From positions 268,708,001 through 268,772,000 of the forward strand of contig OZ024741.1 in the NCBI GenBank assembly GCA_964016885.1: 64,000 nucleotides of DNA, written 5' to 3'. The stretch's first letter is position 1. The number at the start of each line of letters is the position of its first letter. A program made the translations under genes and the position numbers. The notes under the pieces were generated by a model. That model saw nothing but the letters and a program-made list of their open reading frames with translations. It had not been told where the DNA came from and did not search any database. The stretch is from Eledone cirrhosa (lineage: Eukaryota). This document shows positions 1 through 13,955 of the stretch, one piece after another.

Positions 1-500
1 ATCTATTGTCGACTTGACCTCCCTTTACTGTTGTGGTGAAGCCACCGTTCTCGGGCTGTCTCCGCCTGTACAGGGGGTACCCGTCGCCACTAGTCTGAGT
101 CTGGTCAACAAATTTTTTTGGGTATCCCTTACTGCACGACTCCCCTTTCAGACACGTCTGATGCTCATTAGGACCTGACGCACACGGACCATGTTAGCTT
201 TGACGATGTCATGTAATTCCTGGCCAGTTGCTGGGTTAGGGATTTCAGCCGAAATGAGCGCTGTCTATGGCATTTGAATTGATTTTATCAGATAACCAAA
301 TCAAAATGTGAGCACGTGGCAGCCCTCGTTTTTGCCATTCGACGGTGAACATGTCACATTTACAGCCCCAAATACCTGACCCTTTTTTATTAAAGCCATG
401 AGTTTAGCCAGTTTCAGTCTGAACACTCTGGCAATGAAGTCATGTCTGTTCGAATAATTTTGCCCAGGAAAAAGTTCACGGGTCACATTCCGATTCATAT
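1..500 (-). mobile_element. Helitron Rep (HUH endonuclease) domain fragment, frameshifted
   Basis: The minus strand reads ELFPGQNYSNRHDFIARVFRLKL..KKGQVFG, then in shifted frames EWQKRGLP..HIL, ISAEIP, NMVRV, KGYPKKF and DGYPLYRR, all typical Helitron Rep motifs. Confidence 0.85.
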
Positions 501-593
501 GTCTATAGCATTAATCTGTTATATGAAGTGTTATTTTGCGGGTTGTTATTTGCAATAAGCCGATTGAAAATGCCCCAGATAACCCGTATGGCA

Positions 594-793
594 ATACGGA
601 ACGCTCCACTGCAGTGTTGTCATATAGGGAGTGAAGAGCGACAGAGAGAGTAAAGCAGTTAAATTATAGAGAGGGGGAATATACGGAACGCTCCATTTGA
701 TCATAAACATTGTTTCTCTCTCTGCAGTGTTGTCATATAGGAAGTGAAGAGCGACAGAGAGAGTAAAGCAGTTAAATTATAGAGAGGGGGAAT
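594..793. repeat. Direct tandem duplication (about 87 bp and 113 bp copies)
   Basis: atacggaacgctcca...ctgcagtgttgtcatatagg..gtgaagagcgacagagagagtaaagcagttaaattatagagagggggaat occurs twice; the second copy has extra internal sequence. Confidence 0.8.
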
Positions 794-858
794 GATCATG
801 ATCGATTTTTGCCCTTATTGTTGATGGATTTGAAATGTTTTTGCTTCATGACCAAAGG

Positions 859-859
<1 letters not shown>

Positions 860-897
<38 letters not shown>

Positions 898-1013
898 ACA
901 CACCACACACCACACACCACACACCACACACACCACACACCACACACCACACACACACACCACACACCACACACCACACACCACACACCACACACTCGCA
1001 CACACACACACAC
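860..1013. repeat. (CA)n/(CACCACA)n microsatellite
   Basis: Direct reading. Confidence 0.95.
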
Positions 1014-2858
1014 GTGTGTATATGTAAAATTAAGAATGGTTTTTCGAAGAGGAACGGAATGAGTTTGGAACTAGCTGCTGAAACGGCAAGAAGCTCAGCC
1101 GTCGAAGTCCTGGCTCTTTATAATGCAACCACATTCTACTACCTCAAGTATCGAGTACTCTGTTGAGTAATGGTCTAACCAGTTTCAAACTGAATCCATC
1201 CTGATTTTTAGCAAAGAGAGCTTGCCATGCAGCCATCTGTACACGTTATTGGCAGTCTGCTGCTGCTTTTGAAGTGGTGGCCAACATCTTAGAAGATTGA
1301 CAGATATGTACAGTAGACGAAACAACCACCCACCAGGTGTCCATAGACAGACAGACATATAGGTCAGCAGACTTTGGAGAGAGAGAAAGGCGAACAATGC
1401 TATGGAGATGATGATGGCGACGAGAATATAGATAATAATTAAACTTGCAGGGAAGAAGGGAATATATATATATATATATAATGTAGGAGGTGAGTTTTAT
1501 TGTAGTACAATAAAGCAATGCAGATATCGGATAAGAAGCACTCTACGGTTTGTGGGACTGGAGTATGCATATATATATATATATATCACTAACTCCCGCG
1601 CTGTATCTATCTATGTATGTCTCTGTGTGTGTATGTGTATGTATCTATCTATGCACATATATTATGTGTATATGTATGTAAGTATATATATATATATATG
1701 TGTGTGTGTGTGCATTTATCTGTACACACACACACACATGATAGAGAGAGAGTAAAGAAAGAGAGAGAGAGAGAGAGCGAGCGAGTGTGTGTGTGTGTGT
1801 GTGTGCGCGTGTGTCTGGTTGTGAGCAGTAAAGACAAGCAGCTTGTTTTGTCTACTACTGCTAGTTTTTTTTTCTATTTCTGTTTATCTCAGTTTCTACT
1901 CCTCTCAACCTAGTGTTGCCGTGCTTGTGTATAAGCTTATCTTTCTTTCCCTCTCTCATACACAAACACGAACGCACAGACACAGGCAAATACACACTCA
2001 TACACACACATATGTGCGTGTATATATATATAAATATATGTATGTATGTATATACCGAGCGCACCTGTCACTGTACTGTTCTCTCCAACTGCTTCCACTT
2101 ACAGTGAGTGGCAGACAAACAGCAGCAGTTGGCGGCGCAGAAAAGCATGTCTGGATATCTAGGCCAGATTACGTAATATGCGTCTGGTTCGGGACGACAG
2201 ACATAGTACACAATCTGTCTGTGTGTTCGTGCTTCAAGCCGCCGTCAGTCATCACAGCACTTACTGCCACTGCTGCTGCTTCGCCAGACAGAAGAAACTA
2301 TGGAATATCATCGGGGTCAAGTTCGCTGTCTCACCCACGAGCTCAAGTGATAACAACGTAGAGATTTTTTTTCTATTCCTCCAACAGTTATGGACAGAGG
2401 GAGAGGGACTAATTTCATTAAAAAATATATCGTTACGTAGTCGTAAAGGAATACTGCCCTTTTTTAAAGAGGTGGGTTGTGTGATTTTGGGGAGGGGTGA
2501 TTTTCAGCATAAGTAACTCAGTTGAAATAAAAAGGACCATTGGATTGATTGGGTTGTGGTGGCGGTGGGATATTTATAAGGATTAATTAATAGGAAGAGA
2601 TGATTGTGTAGTAATATTAGTCTACATTTCAATTTGAATATTGATCTTCAAAATATCTTTGATTCTTTTCTCTCATATCTTCATCTGTATGTATGGAATG
2701 TGTGTGTATATGCACACACACATACACACTACACATTTTACATGTATCTTAGATAAGTATGACTATATGTATGTGCGTGCGCGCTCACAACTCATTTTGT
2801 CTGTTTTCACATGGCATGCGTAATGTTTTTGGAAACCAAAATGATATATATTTATATG

Positions 2859-2993
<135 letters not shown>

Positions 2994-3180
2994 CCATCGA
3001 GGGTACCCACAGTAAGGTACTCAATACATTAGTAAAGGGTAAACATGCAATTTAATATAGAAATGGGTTTTACAAGTCTAGAACTAATTCATTAGAAAGA
3101 AATCATCAGGAAAGTCAACTGTCAATGTAATACGGTGGTATCACCACTGTATTACAATGACAAGCCATTTCTATATTAAG

Positions 3181-3221
<41 letters not shown>

Positions 3222-3352
3222 TTAAACAAGATTCAATGAATACACCAAAGAATGAGTTTTACAAAGATTGGAAGCACTCTACAGAAAATATTTTCCAGAG
3301 TTATTATTATTAATTCAAAATATTAACAAAATAGATATTCTTGTGATCAATT

Positions 3353-3414
3353 ATATTTTATTATACATATTTCAGAGGTACTGAATTAAGTTCAACAGTA
3401 CGTCCTCATCAGAT
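3353..3414 (-). ncRNA. Type I hammerhead motif with truncated stem I
   Basis: Reverse complement: at CTGATGA ggacgtactg..cagtacctct GAAA tatgta ta ataaaata. The 5' strand of stem I is lost at the junction. Confidence 0.55.
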
Positions 3415-3467
3415 TGTCAATATTATAAGTAAGTTTGGTAAAGATTACCTTCGTTGGGATATAAAAC

Positions 3468-3513
<46 letters not shown>

Positions 3514-3536
3514 ATTATATATATATATATTATATA

Positions 3537-3614
<78 letters not shown>

Positions 3615-4145
3615 CTTTCTTTCTCGGATTTCGTAAATCCTTTAAATTTTTTTTCATAAAATTCGAATTTTAGAAATTTAACATAATTATATTATAATAT
3701 TAATACAAATACCTATTAACTTTTAAAACCTGAAATAACATAAATTAAATATTTTGAAAATTAACTGCCAACTATACTATATAAGAATCTGTGTGTGTAG
3801 AAACTTGAACATACATTACTCCCCTTTGTCTCTCTCTCTCTTTAATCATCTTTCATCTGTCTTCTCAAGCTAAATACTAAATAAGTTATCACATCAGCTG
3901 TTTCTTCCTATATGCTTTCCTTTCCCTCCTCTTTCTCTAGTAGTTTTTAAAAATTAAAAATTCTATAACTGTTATATTGATGCCATGTATTTCTTAAAAT
4001 ATATTACTCACACTCTCTATTGTTTGTATTACGTTTTCTCATGTTCTCAATATTAGGGTATAAATATTGAGTTTTGTCATATGTTAATCAATACCTTGAT
4101 TAAATCTTAACCATCTACCACGTCAGGGTATGTCATGTATCATTT

Positions 4146-4212
4146 TATTTTATCTGATGAGGACGTACTGTGGAACTTAATTCAGTACCTCTGAAATATG
4201 TATAATAAAATA
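4146..4212 (+). ncRNA. Minimal type I hammerhead ribozyme
   Basis: Stem I tattttat/ataaaata (8 bp), CTGATGA at 4154-4160, stem II gtactg/cagtac, GAAA at 4193-4196, near-palindromic tatgta, then the UA cleavage site. Confidence 0.75.
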
Positions 4213-4439
4213 TAATTGATCACAAGAATATCTATTTTGTTAATATTTTGAATTAATACCACGCACGCACGCACGCACGCGTATAAAGTGAAAGATTGAA
4301 GAATAACATGGCTGGCTGTACAATAAGGGTTTTTATTTCAAGTATTAACAATTGTTTCATTGATCAGGTGAGTCTAAAGGCCGCTAATCACTCAAAGTTG
4401 CATTACTTGACCTTCAATACAGTTTTTACTTCTGATCAA

Positions 4440-5853
4440 ATCCTCAGAATATATATTATGCACCCTAATCAGGATTACCAGATGTTACTAAAGACAGGTT
4501 CTAATGAGTCTCTAATGCTCACTACCTCCGAGATACCCAACAGTGACTATATAATTATTGCTGGTGATCTTAATGGTCATGTTGGACAACATTGTGATGG
4601 CTATGATTGTGTCCATGGAGGTTATGGGTTTGGTACTAGAAATGAGGAAGGCTTCAGGATCCTGGAATTCTGTGATGCAAATGACCTGACTGTCTGCAAC
4701 ACAAACTTCAAAAAATGTGATAGTCATTTGATCACGTATAGATCAGGGGAGCACACCAGCCAGATAGACTTAATCCTTACTAGGAAACGAGACAAAGTGT
4801 CTGTTTTGAACACTAAGTCCCACCCTCGTGAAGAATGCGCCTTCCAACATAATTTAATAGTAAGTGACCTCATAGTCAGGGCCAGACGTAATTGCCGGCA
4901 GAGGAATACCTTGAGAAGAAGATTATGGAAGCTGAAGAAGCCTGCAGCCAGTAACAAATTCAAAAGCATATTACTTAATGTTTTTGATAGTAAAGAAAAG
5001 CAATTAGAGTCATACAATATAGAGGAACAGTGGGAATTCCTGAAAGTTAACCTGTTGAAGGCGACTGATGAAATCTGTGGCTGGAGCAGACCTTTAGGCA
5101 GGAGGAGAGTGACATGGTGGTGGAACAGTAAGGTGGAGGAGTCCATCAAGGGCAAAAAGCATTCGTGGAAAGAATGGTAGGACGGGGGTAGTAGAGAACA
5201 CTATCGGGTAGCTAGGAGAGAAGCTAGACAACAAGTATACCTTGCAAAGAGGGAAGCAGAGGATAGTAGGTTCAAGCATATTCTACAACGGGAGGACCAA
5301 AAATGTGAGATATTCAGGATTGCGAGGCAATGTGTCCAGGAGAACTGTGATATTATCAGGGAGACATGTGTCCATAATGATGATGGTGTACTTGCCCTCA
5401 CTGATAGTGATAAGAAGGTAGCTTGGAAGTGTCACTACAAGAGACTACTGAATGTGGAGAATTAATGGAATAAAGATAGTCTGCTCCACATCGATCCAAT
5501 AGAAGGACCAGCTGTGCAAGTTGATGGTAGTGTAGTAAGTAAGGAAATCAAAAATATGAAGACAGGCAAGGCAGTTGGGCCTTTGAGAATAGTTGCCGAA
5601 ATGTTGAAGGTATCTGGAATGGTGGGACATACTATGGTCACCCAGATAGTAAATCAAGTAATACAGAATGGGGTCATACCAAATGAATGGCATAGCAGCT
5701 TCATCATCAACTGTTACAAGGGTAAAGGAGACACCCTGGATAAAGGAAACTACAGGGGTCATGAAAGTCACAGAAAGAGTTATTACTCAACTGATTAGAG
5801 ACCAAATTGATCTAGATGAAATGCAGTTTGGGTTTGTGTCTGGTAAAAGTACC
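4440..5853 (+). mobile_element. Degraded RTE-clade LINE (APE C-half to RT start), same family as 55175-59249
   Basis: IIAGDLNGHVG, QIDLIL, TWWWN, GKAVGP and QFGFVSGKST motifs with stops and frameshifts. Confidence 0.9.
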
Positions 5854-6334
5854 ATGGAGGGGGGAGATGGGGTAGGGGTGTGAGACGTGGAGGGGTGTGA
5901 TTGGTGGGGTGGGGGTCTCGGGGTGGGTGGGGAGTGGGGGAAGGAGTCAGTGTAGCTTAAGGACTTTGGTGGAGGTGAAGAAGAGGTCGTGGTTGAGGTT
6001 TTGGAGGAAGAAGATAGAGTGGGTGGCATGCGGAGGAGGGTGGGGGGAGTTTGTGGTCGAGGTTGCGGATGGTGGAGAGGGAGGAGCGGAGGGAATTGTG
6101 CATGAAGAGGCGCGAGGAGTGGGTGAGGATACATTGGGTGGAGGGGGAGGTGTGGAAATGCAGTCGGTAGCCAAAGGGGATGAGGGAAAAGGCAATTAAA
6201 GGATGAAAGTTAAAGCTAATCTCAGCGGGGATTGACCTCAGAAGGTAAAGGACTGTAGCTCCATGCTGCAAAGCTTGTTATCTGACACTCTGCTGATACT
6301 GCCAATCCCCCACCTTTGTATATGTTAATAATCG

Positions 6335-6530
6335 TTTCTGATTTAGGCAAAAGGCCAACAATTTTTGCAGGGAAGGGACTAGTCAATTTAATCGCCCCCT
6401 GCATGTTATTGGTGCTTTATTTTATAGACCCCGTAAGGACGAAAGACAAAGCTAACCGTGACAGGATTTGAACTCAAAACGTAAAGAGCTGTAACTGCAT
6501 TGTCCAATGCTCTACTGATATTGCTAATCT
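6335..6530 (-). mobile_element. tRNA-derived SINE (family A), diverged
   Basis: Reverse complement has the B-box gagttcaaatcc and the central tttcgtccttacggggtc.ataaaa motif; homologous to 50733-50920. Confidence 0.75.
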
Positions 6531-6699
6531 ACTGCTCTCTGTATATGTTAATAATAAAAGAAAGCAAAGAGGAGAGTGAAATCAATAAGAAGAATGTTTA
6601 ACATAATATTTGAGGTCCTTAAATAAGACTGCATAATACTACTTGAAAAAAAAATGGTGGGAATTGGTCTGCTTATGTTTTTGTCAACTATTACTATAG

Positions 6700-7031
6700 T
6701 CATCATTTTACATCTTCTTTTTCATGCTTGCATGGATTGGATGGGTCCTTTCCAGCACAGCCAACCTCCACTTGTAGCATCCGTTCATCATCTCCTCTGT
6801 GAGGTTCAGAATGTTTGAAATCAGTTCTAACCACTTATACCCAAGTTTTCTCAGTCTTCCTCTACTGCATCTTCCTTCCACTAGCATCCCCTGGTATTTC
6901 TTTACCCAGTGTTCATCATCGATATGCATCATATGTTCATACCAACACAGTCTTTTGTCTTGCACACTATATCTGATTTCTTTTATCCTCAGCATTTCTG
7001 TGAGTCTATCCACACCCTGTTGTTTATGCAC
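6700..7031 (-). mobile_element. Old RTE LINE 3' end with a short 3' UTR
   Basis: KRLCWYEHMM..GRCSRGRLRK followed directly by the catgcaagcatgaaaa..gatg tail. Confidence 0.8.
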
Positions 7032-7101
7032 ACAATATATAATATATTTATTTATTAATTAAAAGTAGTTAAGAAGGGGGTTACTTCACCATAATTGCTT
7101 T

Positions 7102-7165
7102 ATTGCATGGTAATATATTTCTGTTACATGGTTATGCATGTAACTTCATCAGATGCTCATGCAAT
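7102..7165 (-). ncRNA. Degenerate hammerhead motif
   Basis: Reverse complement: attgcatgagcat CTGATGA a gttacatg cataac catgtaac a GAAA tatattacc atgcaat. Stem II is 8 bp; the cleavage triplet appears mutated. Confidence 0.6.
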
Positions 7166-7297
7166 CATAAGCGCAGTTATGGAATCATGGGGATATGTCA
7201 CTGGTTAGGTATTACCATCCTGTTGTGATGCTTTATTAAACCTGACTTTAATAAAGAAAATATTAATGCATAATAGTGTTTCTAAATTAATAAGTCT

Positions 7298-7342
7298 ATT
7301 AGTGTTTTGAGACTTTCACAGTCTCATCTTCAGAATAGCACT
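7298..7342 (-). ncRNA. Degenerate hammerhead motif (GAAA mutated)
   Basis: Reverse complement: ctatt CTGAAGA t gagact gtgaa agtctc aaaa cact aatag. Confidence 0.4.
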
Positions 7343-7502
7343 GACAGAATTAGTGGCATATTCATGTGCTTTGTGATAGTTGTATAGAAATAATAGTAAA
7401 GTCATGGACATTGGATGTAGTGTGTGTGTGTGTCATCATCACTGTTTAGTGCCCATTTTCCACTCTAGCATGGGTTAGACTATGTGTGTGTGTATCTACA
7501 AT

Positions 7503-7710
7503 GTTTTCTGATTTAGGCACAAAGCCAATAGTTTTGGGGGGACGATAAAGTCAATTAAATTGTCCCCAATGCATTACTGGTACTTTATTGGCCTCATGAA
7601 GATGAAAGGCTAACTTAACCTCGGTGGGATTTGAACTCAAACCATAAAGGGCCATAACTCCGTGCTACAAAGCATGGAGGCTGACACTCTACTGATTCTG
7701 TCCATCCACC
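7503..7710 (-). mobile_element. tRNA-derived SINE (family A)
   Basis: gatgaaaggc..aacctcggtgggatttgaactc, homologous to the other copies. Confidence 0.75.
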
Positions 7711-8340
7711 ATCCTGTATGTCTAAAATAATGATTATGCAATATAAATGCAACAGCTTGATATGCATTTGTGTTCCTCAACCCAGTGATAGGTGTGGATC
7801 AGTGTAGCTTTAATAGGAGGATATAATTGGCAGAATATGCTTGATCTAGCTCATCCTTAAGCGGTATGGTAGGGTATCTGAGGCTGAGTATAGGAATATG
7901 ATTTGTCTATATTTGGTTTGGTTTTGAGGCTGGCTTTGATTTTCTGAATGTATTTAATTATAAGTTAAGGCAATCCACACACACATGTCCCCAGGTATTC
8001 ATGGCAGTTATGTTCCTAGAGCACCTGCAAATATTGGACATGGTCCATAAAAATGCCTATAAACGTCAAAACATAGTGTAAAACATAGGCCGGCAAATAC
8101 AGTATATTGTTATTAATAATTTAGTGTTAAAAAGCGTGAAAAAATATATATTGCCATGGTTAAAAAGCCATGAAAAATCGCAGAAGATATTTATGATTCT
8201 GCGAATGCCAAGTGGGTTGGGGGTACACTGTATGTATATATAGATGGATATGGATATATAGATATATTTCAGAATAATACTAAGAGTGAGTGGGTATATA
8301 AGCCCACCAAATATATGTTTCCTTGTGGTTGTTTGGATGA

Positions 8341-8398
8341 TATACACACCTTCTGATGAGGGCCTAATTAGGCCCAAAATTTGATTAAATGTGTTTAT
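8341..8398 (+). ncRNA. Degenerate hammerhead motif
   Basis: tatacacacctt CTGATGA gggcct aatt aggccc aaaa tttgatta aatgtgtttat. Stem II is perfect but GAAA has become AAAA. Confidence 0.45.
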
Positions 8399-9057
8399 CT
8401 TTCATTTCAATTTACAGGGAAGTTTGTATTTTCTGTCATGTTTACAATTCTACCTACATATTGAATACGTGTATATTCATATACAATTGGTGCAGTCTCG
8501 GTTACACACTGTGTATATACAGATATAACATTATTGTACATTTAACTGAAAATGCACACAATAACAGACATAATGCAATTTCGCACCTTATGGTGGAATT
8601 GCACTGGTAATATAAAATGGCTCAACAGATGGAAGAACTACTTGGTTGGTAAGATTCATGTGAGATGAGAACAAAACAAAGAATGGACAGGAAAATTTAT
8701 GGGTATCTTTTAACAAAAACAGACACAAAAATTATGACTAGAAATTATGACAATGAACTGAGCATGTAAAATGTGCAACATGTTAAGGCTGGAAAAAATA
8801 TAAAGTAGAAAAATTTGACTTTCATCTTGAAAAAAAGAAAAGAGGTTTGCTATCTACCAAGGTTGAGAGACACAAGACCAGAAATGATGGGAGAACAATA
8901 GTGATAGAAACAAGGACAGAGAGAACAAAGTCACAACAAAAAAATAGAGAAGAGAGGGAGGGGGGGGGGCACACAAATAAAAAACAAAGCAGTTTATCAA
9001 AAAATGTTGGCACATATATATATGTATATGTATGTATATATATGTTTGTATGAATTC

Positions 9058-9915
<858 letters not shown>

Positions 9916-10192
9916 AATGTCATGATTGAATCCTGAGCTGATCGATATTGAAACAATTGCCATATGCAATAAAGTTCATTTATGGTGTAAACTCGACTAC
10001 ATTCCTGTTTACTTGTATTTATACTCTGCACGTTGCAGCTGCGGTAGCCCTGGAGAACACTGAAGTATAAGCCTACATTTGACAGAACTGTAACAGCATT
10101 GAGTACTTTAACTGATAAACCTCCTGTAACTATATGTATGTATGTATGTATGTGTGTATGTGTGTATGTATGTATGTATGTATGTATGTATG

Positions 10193-10222
<30 letters not shown>

Positions 10223-10223
<1 letters not shown>

Positions 10224-10560
10224 TCTCTTTCTCTTAATTTTGAGTATATTTTTTTGACCGGCCACCTTCCTGGTGGCAAGGTTGTAAAAGAAAAGAAATT
10301 GTCATCTCTTGAATCGCAAGAATGTTTTGCAAATTTTGAAGGTGCCAGCTATCGCAACCATTTGTAGACTATGAATTAGGGAGCTGCACTCTTTGTCCGC
10401 AAATCCAAGTTCAGTTATACTTTGGTCCAAGCGGGTTGGTATATAACCCGTAGTTCCAATAATATGGAAGCTAAAGGTGTATCTTGGATATTGGATTTGT
10501 AAACTCCTCATCAATGGTCCGTAAATGTCCTCCTCCTGTATTTTTCTGACAATGTTTACA
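10223..10560 (-). mobile_element. 3' end of an RLE-type (R2/R4/NeSL-like) non-LTR retrotransposon in (CATA)n
   Basis: KIQEEDIYGPL...IIGTTGYIP...LQMVAIAGTFKICKTFL* resembles the C-terminus of a restriction-like endonuclease. (TATG)n flanks both ends. Confidence 0.65.
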
Positions 10561-10628
10561 TGTATGTATGTATGTATGTATGTATGTATGTATGTATGTA
10601 TGTATGTATGTATGTATGTATGTATGTA

Positions 10629-10668
<40 letters not shown>

Positions 10669-11994
10669 CACTCTCTCGTTCGTTCGTTCTTCTGGTTTTA
10701 TAATTTCACAATTTTTTGCCAATAGAGAGTCGGTTTCTAACATAGTTACAAGACTCTCTCATTGGAATTTACACAACATCCACTAGGTAGAAATGTATGA
10801 AGGTCTTCATGCATGCATGTGTGTGCAGGTATGGATGTTATTGTATGTGTGGATGTGTATGTTTTGAGTTGTATGTGTGCATGTGCATACACTTTGTATC
10901 TGTAATTGTGTATATGCAGTTATTAGATGCAAAATTTTTGGAATGTTTTACATATTTTTACTGTTCCATTAATGGATTGTACTTATATATGTATGTAAAC
11001 AGAAATAACAACTCAAATGGTACAGTATATGGAAGGAATATATTAGTTTAATGCTTGAAATAGCAGGAATAGGGTTTTAACGTCCTTCATCAGAAGAAAG
11101 AATGAGAAATTAGAAAGATTGAAGTGACGCGCAAGGCAAAATCGGAATATATATATATTTATATATATATAAGCCATGTTAGCATAGAAGATAGATTGAT
11201 AGACGTTAAATGATGATGACAATGACTACGATTGTGTGTGTATGAGAGAGAGAGAGAGATTGGCATTAGGAAGGGTATCCAGCTACAGAAACCAAGCCCA
11301 AATCAGTTGCCTATGAGCAAGTCATGTTCACCTGACCCGGGATTTCTCACAACAGGTCAACTCATCTAATATCTAACCCATGCTAGCACAGAAAAATGGA
11401 TGTTAAATGATGATGATGATGATGACAACGATGATCTAGTTGTGTTGCTGTAGTTGTACAGTGTTGTAAAGATGGCCTAGTTGGGTTACTGTAGTTAAAT
11501 ACTATTGTAAAGATGGCCTGGTTGTGTTGCTACTAGGAGCATAACTGTCTATCACACACATTTGAATACTCATCACAGCTTTAGCTTATGTTGTTGCCCT
11601 TCATAGCATCTCTAACACAGTTGCATGTGTAACACTACGCAGTATTACCATTCTAAAATGGGAACCGTTGACAATGATGGTGGTGGTGGTGGTGGTGGTG
11701 GTGGTGGTGGTGATGGTGATGATGGTGGTGATGATGGTGGTGGTGGTGATGATGGCTTTCTTCTTTACACTGAAAATTTATATGAAGGCTATATTGATAC
11801 TCTATAGTTAATTAGTCACTTCACATTTTAGTAAAAAAAATTCAAAACAGTCATTTATTTATTTTATTGCAGCCTCTTTCTTCTATATTTGGTATTTGTT
11901 GAGATACGGTACACCTTTTTAAGCTTTCCTGGCACATTTCTTCCCATTTCTGCTCCTCTCTGCATGTATGTGTGAAAATGTGTATGTAATATAA

Positions 11995-12412
11995 GAAGCA
12001 TGGCTTAGTGATTACAGAGTTTGGCTCATCATGAGTTTATATCCTTGAGAAATGCACTTTATTTCATGTTGCTCCAATCTGAAAAACACTCAGCCCTCAC
12101 TGTGTGGTGGTAGTGTTGGTACTACAATAAAAAGCACCCAGTCTACCTTGTAACGTAGTATGTCGTACTGGTACCATGACAAAATGTAGCATGTAATTCA
12201 CCCTGTAAGATGGTAGTGGTGGAGTCAATAAAATGCCCCCAGTATACACTGTAAAGTGGTTGGCACTAGAAAGGGAATCCAACCATAAAAACCAAACTGA
12301 AAAATGGAACATATGAGCAAGATGTGGTCACCCGACCAGTCTAGCCCCAGTATATTGCAAACCCCATCTAACTTTTGCAAGCATGGAAAATAGACATTAA
12401 ACGGTGATGATG
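11995..12412 (+). mobile_element. Old SINE / RTE-tail composite
   Basis: Degenerate tRNA-like head, ggttggc..gaaaggga.tcca motif and catggaaaa..gatgat tail. Confidence 0.5.
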
Positions 12413-12592
12413 ATAATATATGAAACGTGTAGTCACTTGTTATAGATGAGTAAAAAAAGAAGGGAAAAAAAACCCATAAAAACACATTAAAACGATTTTA
12501 TAAAATTCTATCTTTCAGTTTTTGTTGGTTGTTGTAGTTTAATATTCTAAATATAAAATAATACTGCATTTTTCAGGTAATGTAGAATATAT

Positions 12593-12651
12593 TTCTAAAC
12601 TGAAGACCTTGTGACCCTAGCGATGAAATTCCATTATTTTGTGTCTTTAGA
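12593..12651 (+). ncRNA. Degenerate hammerhead motif
   Basis: tctaaa CTGAAGA ... GAAA ... tc tttaga. Stem I is 6 bp; stems II and III are weak. Confidence 0.4.
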
Positions 12652-12747
12652 GAAATGTCTATTTTTTTATGTTCATTTGCTTGTAGACAGAACAAAGATC
12701 AGATGTAAAGCAGACAATTTTATATGAACTATAAAAATTGCTATTAT

Positions 12748-12788
<41 letters not shown>

Positions 12789-13600
12789 TTATTATTATTA
12801 TTATTATTATTATAGTCATACATACAAACTCTATTGATTAGTTTATTGTGCTTTAAACCTATTGTTAGTAAGTTGTCTGAACACTGTAGACAATAAGTTT
12901 TGTCTGGTGTTGGGAAAAGCTGTTTAGTCATTTTATTCTTTCTTACAAATATCTTTACCTATCTCAATATTCCATTATTGTATACATTATAATTTGTCTG
13001 CTCCATAGAACTGCTATCCACTTATATATACACACACACAAATACATATACATTATATATACACGTTTCATCTTAGAAATACTGTCGTATTCATTAGGAT
13101 TATTTGAGAAAAAGAAAAACTATTGTATGTGTGTGTATATATATATATATTCATAGAAAATGTAGTATGCTCAGACACAGAAAATAAATGTAAATACAGT
13201 GGATGGTATAAATAGTTTAGACCCCCTTATGGACGGAAAAAAAGTTGCCAGCAGTCACTACAAGGAATCAAACCACAGATCTCTCAGATAACAGCCATTG
13301 AGCCAGGGTACCTCTGACAACATTTTACTGTCTACATTACGAAGCTGAATCAATCAGCTTTGAAAACGTAAACACGTATCGTGTGCAAAGTTGAAACTCT
13401 CAAAGTGCTGAGAAATTATGATCATAGAAAAAGTAATATACATAGACACAGAAAATGATGTAAATACAGTTGGTTGCTATAAATAGCTTTTTTCCATCTA
13501 TAAGGGGTTATTACCCAATTTTCTAATCTATTTATAGCAACTTATTTTCTGAGCCTATTACATTTTGTAGGAACTTCATAACCTCTTAGCACTTTCATAT

Positions 13601-13720
<120 letters not shown>

Positions 13721-13915
13721 AAAAAGGAAAAGGAAATGCTGACAAATTTTTCCCAGTGAAAAATAGTTTAATTAGGAATAAGTATAAATTAGTAATAAGT
13801 GTTGGTTAGTATTCAGTTTTAGTTTTAAGTTTTTACCGGTTGCGCATTTCTAATGCTTTTCAAAAATAATTTTGAGATAGAGCGCTCGTGATGTTTGCTC
13901 GAATCTGATTTTAAA

Positions 13916-13948
<33 letters not shown>

Positions 13949-13955
<7 letters not shown>

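Larger units (their letters stand above)
3220..4257. mobile_element. Penelope-like pLTR remnants in inverted orientation, each with a hammerhead motif
   Basis: 3309-3414 is the near-perfect reverse complement of 4152-4257. Both contain CTGATGA...GAAA, and (TA)n lies adjacent and between them. Confidence 0.65.

Noticed and set aside
5855-6290. Pro-rich or Gly-rich ORFs
   Set aside because: Purine-skewed low-complexity sequence, probably an inverted LINE 5' region; it cannot be assigned confidently.
11070-11100. CTGATGA on the minus strand as a hammerhead
   Set aside because: No stem II partner or correctly placed GAAA.
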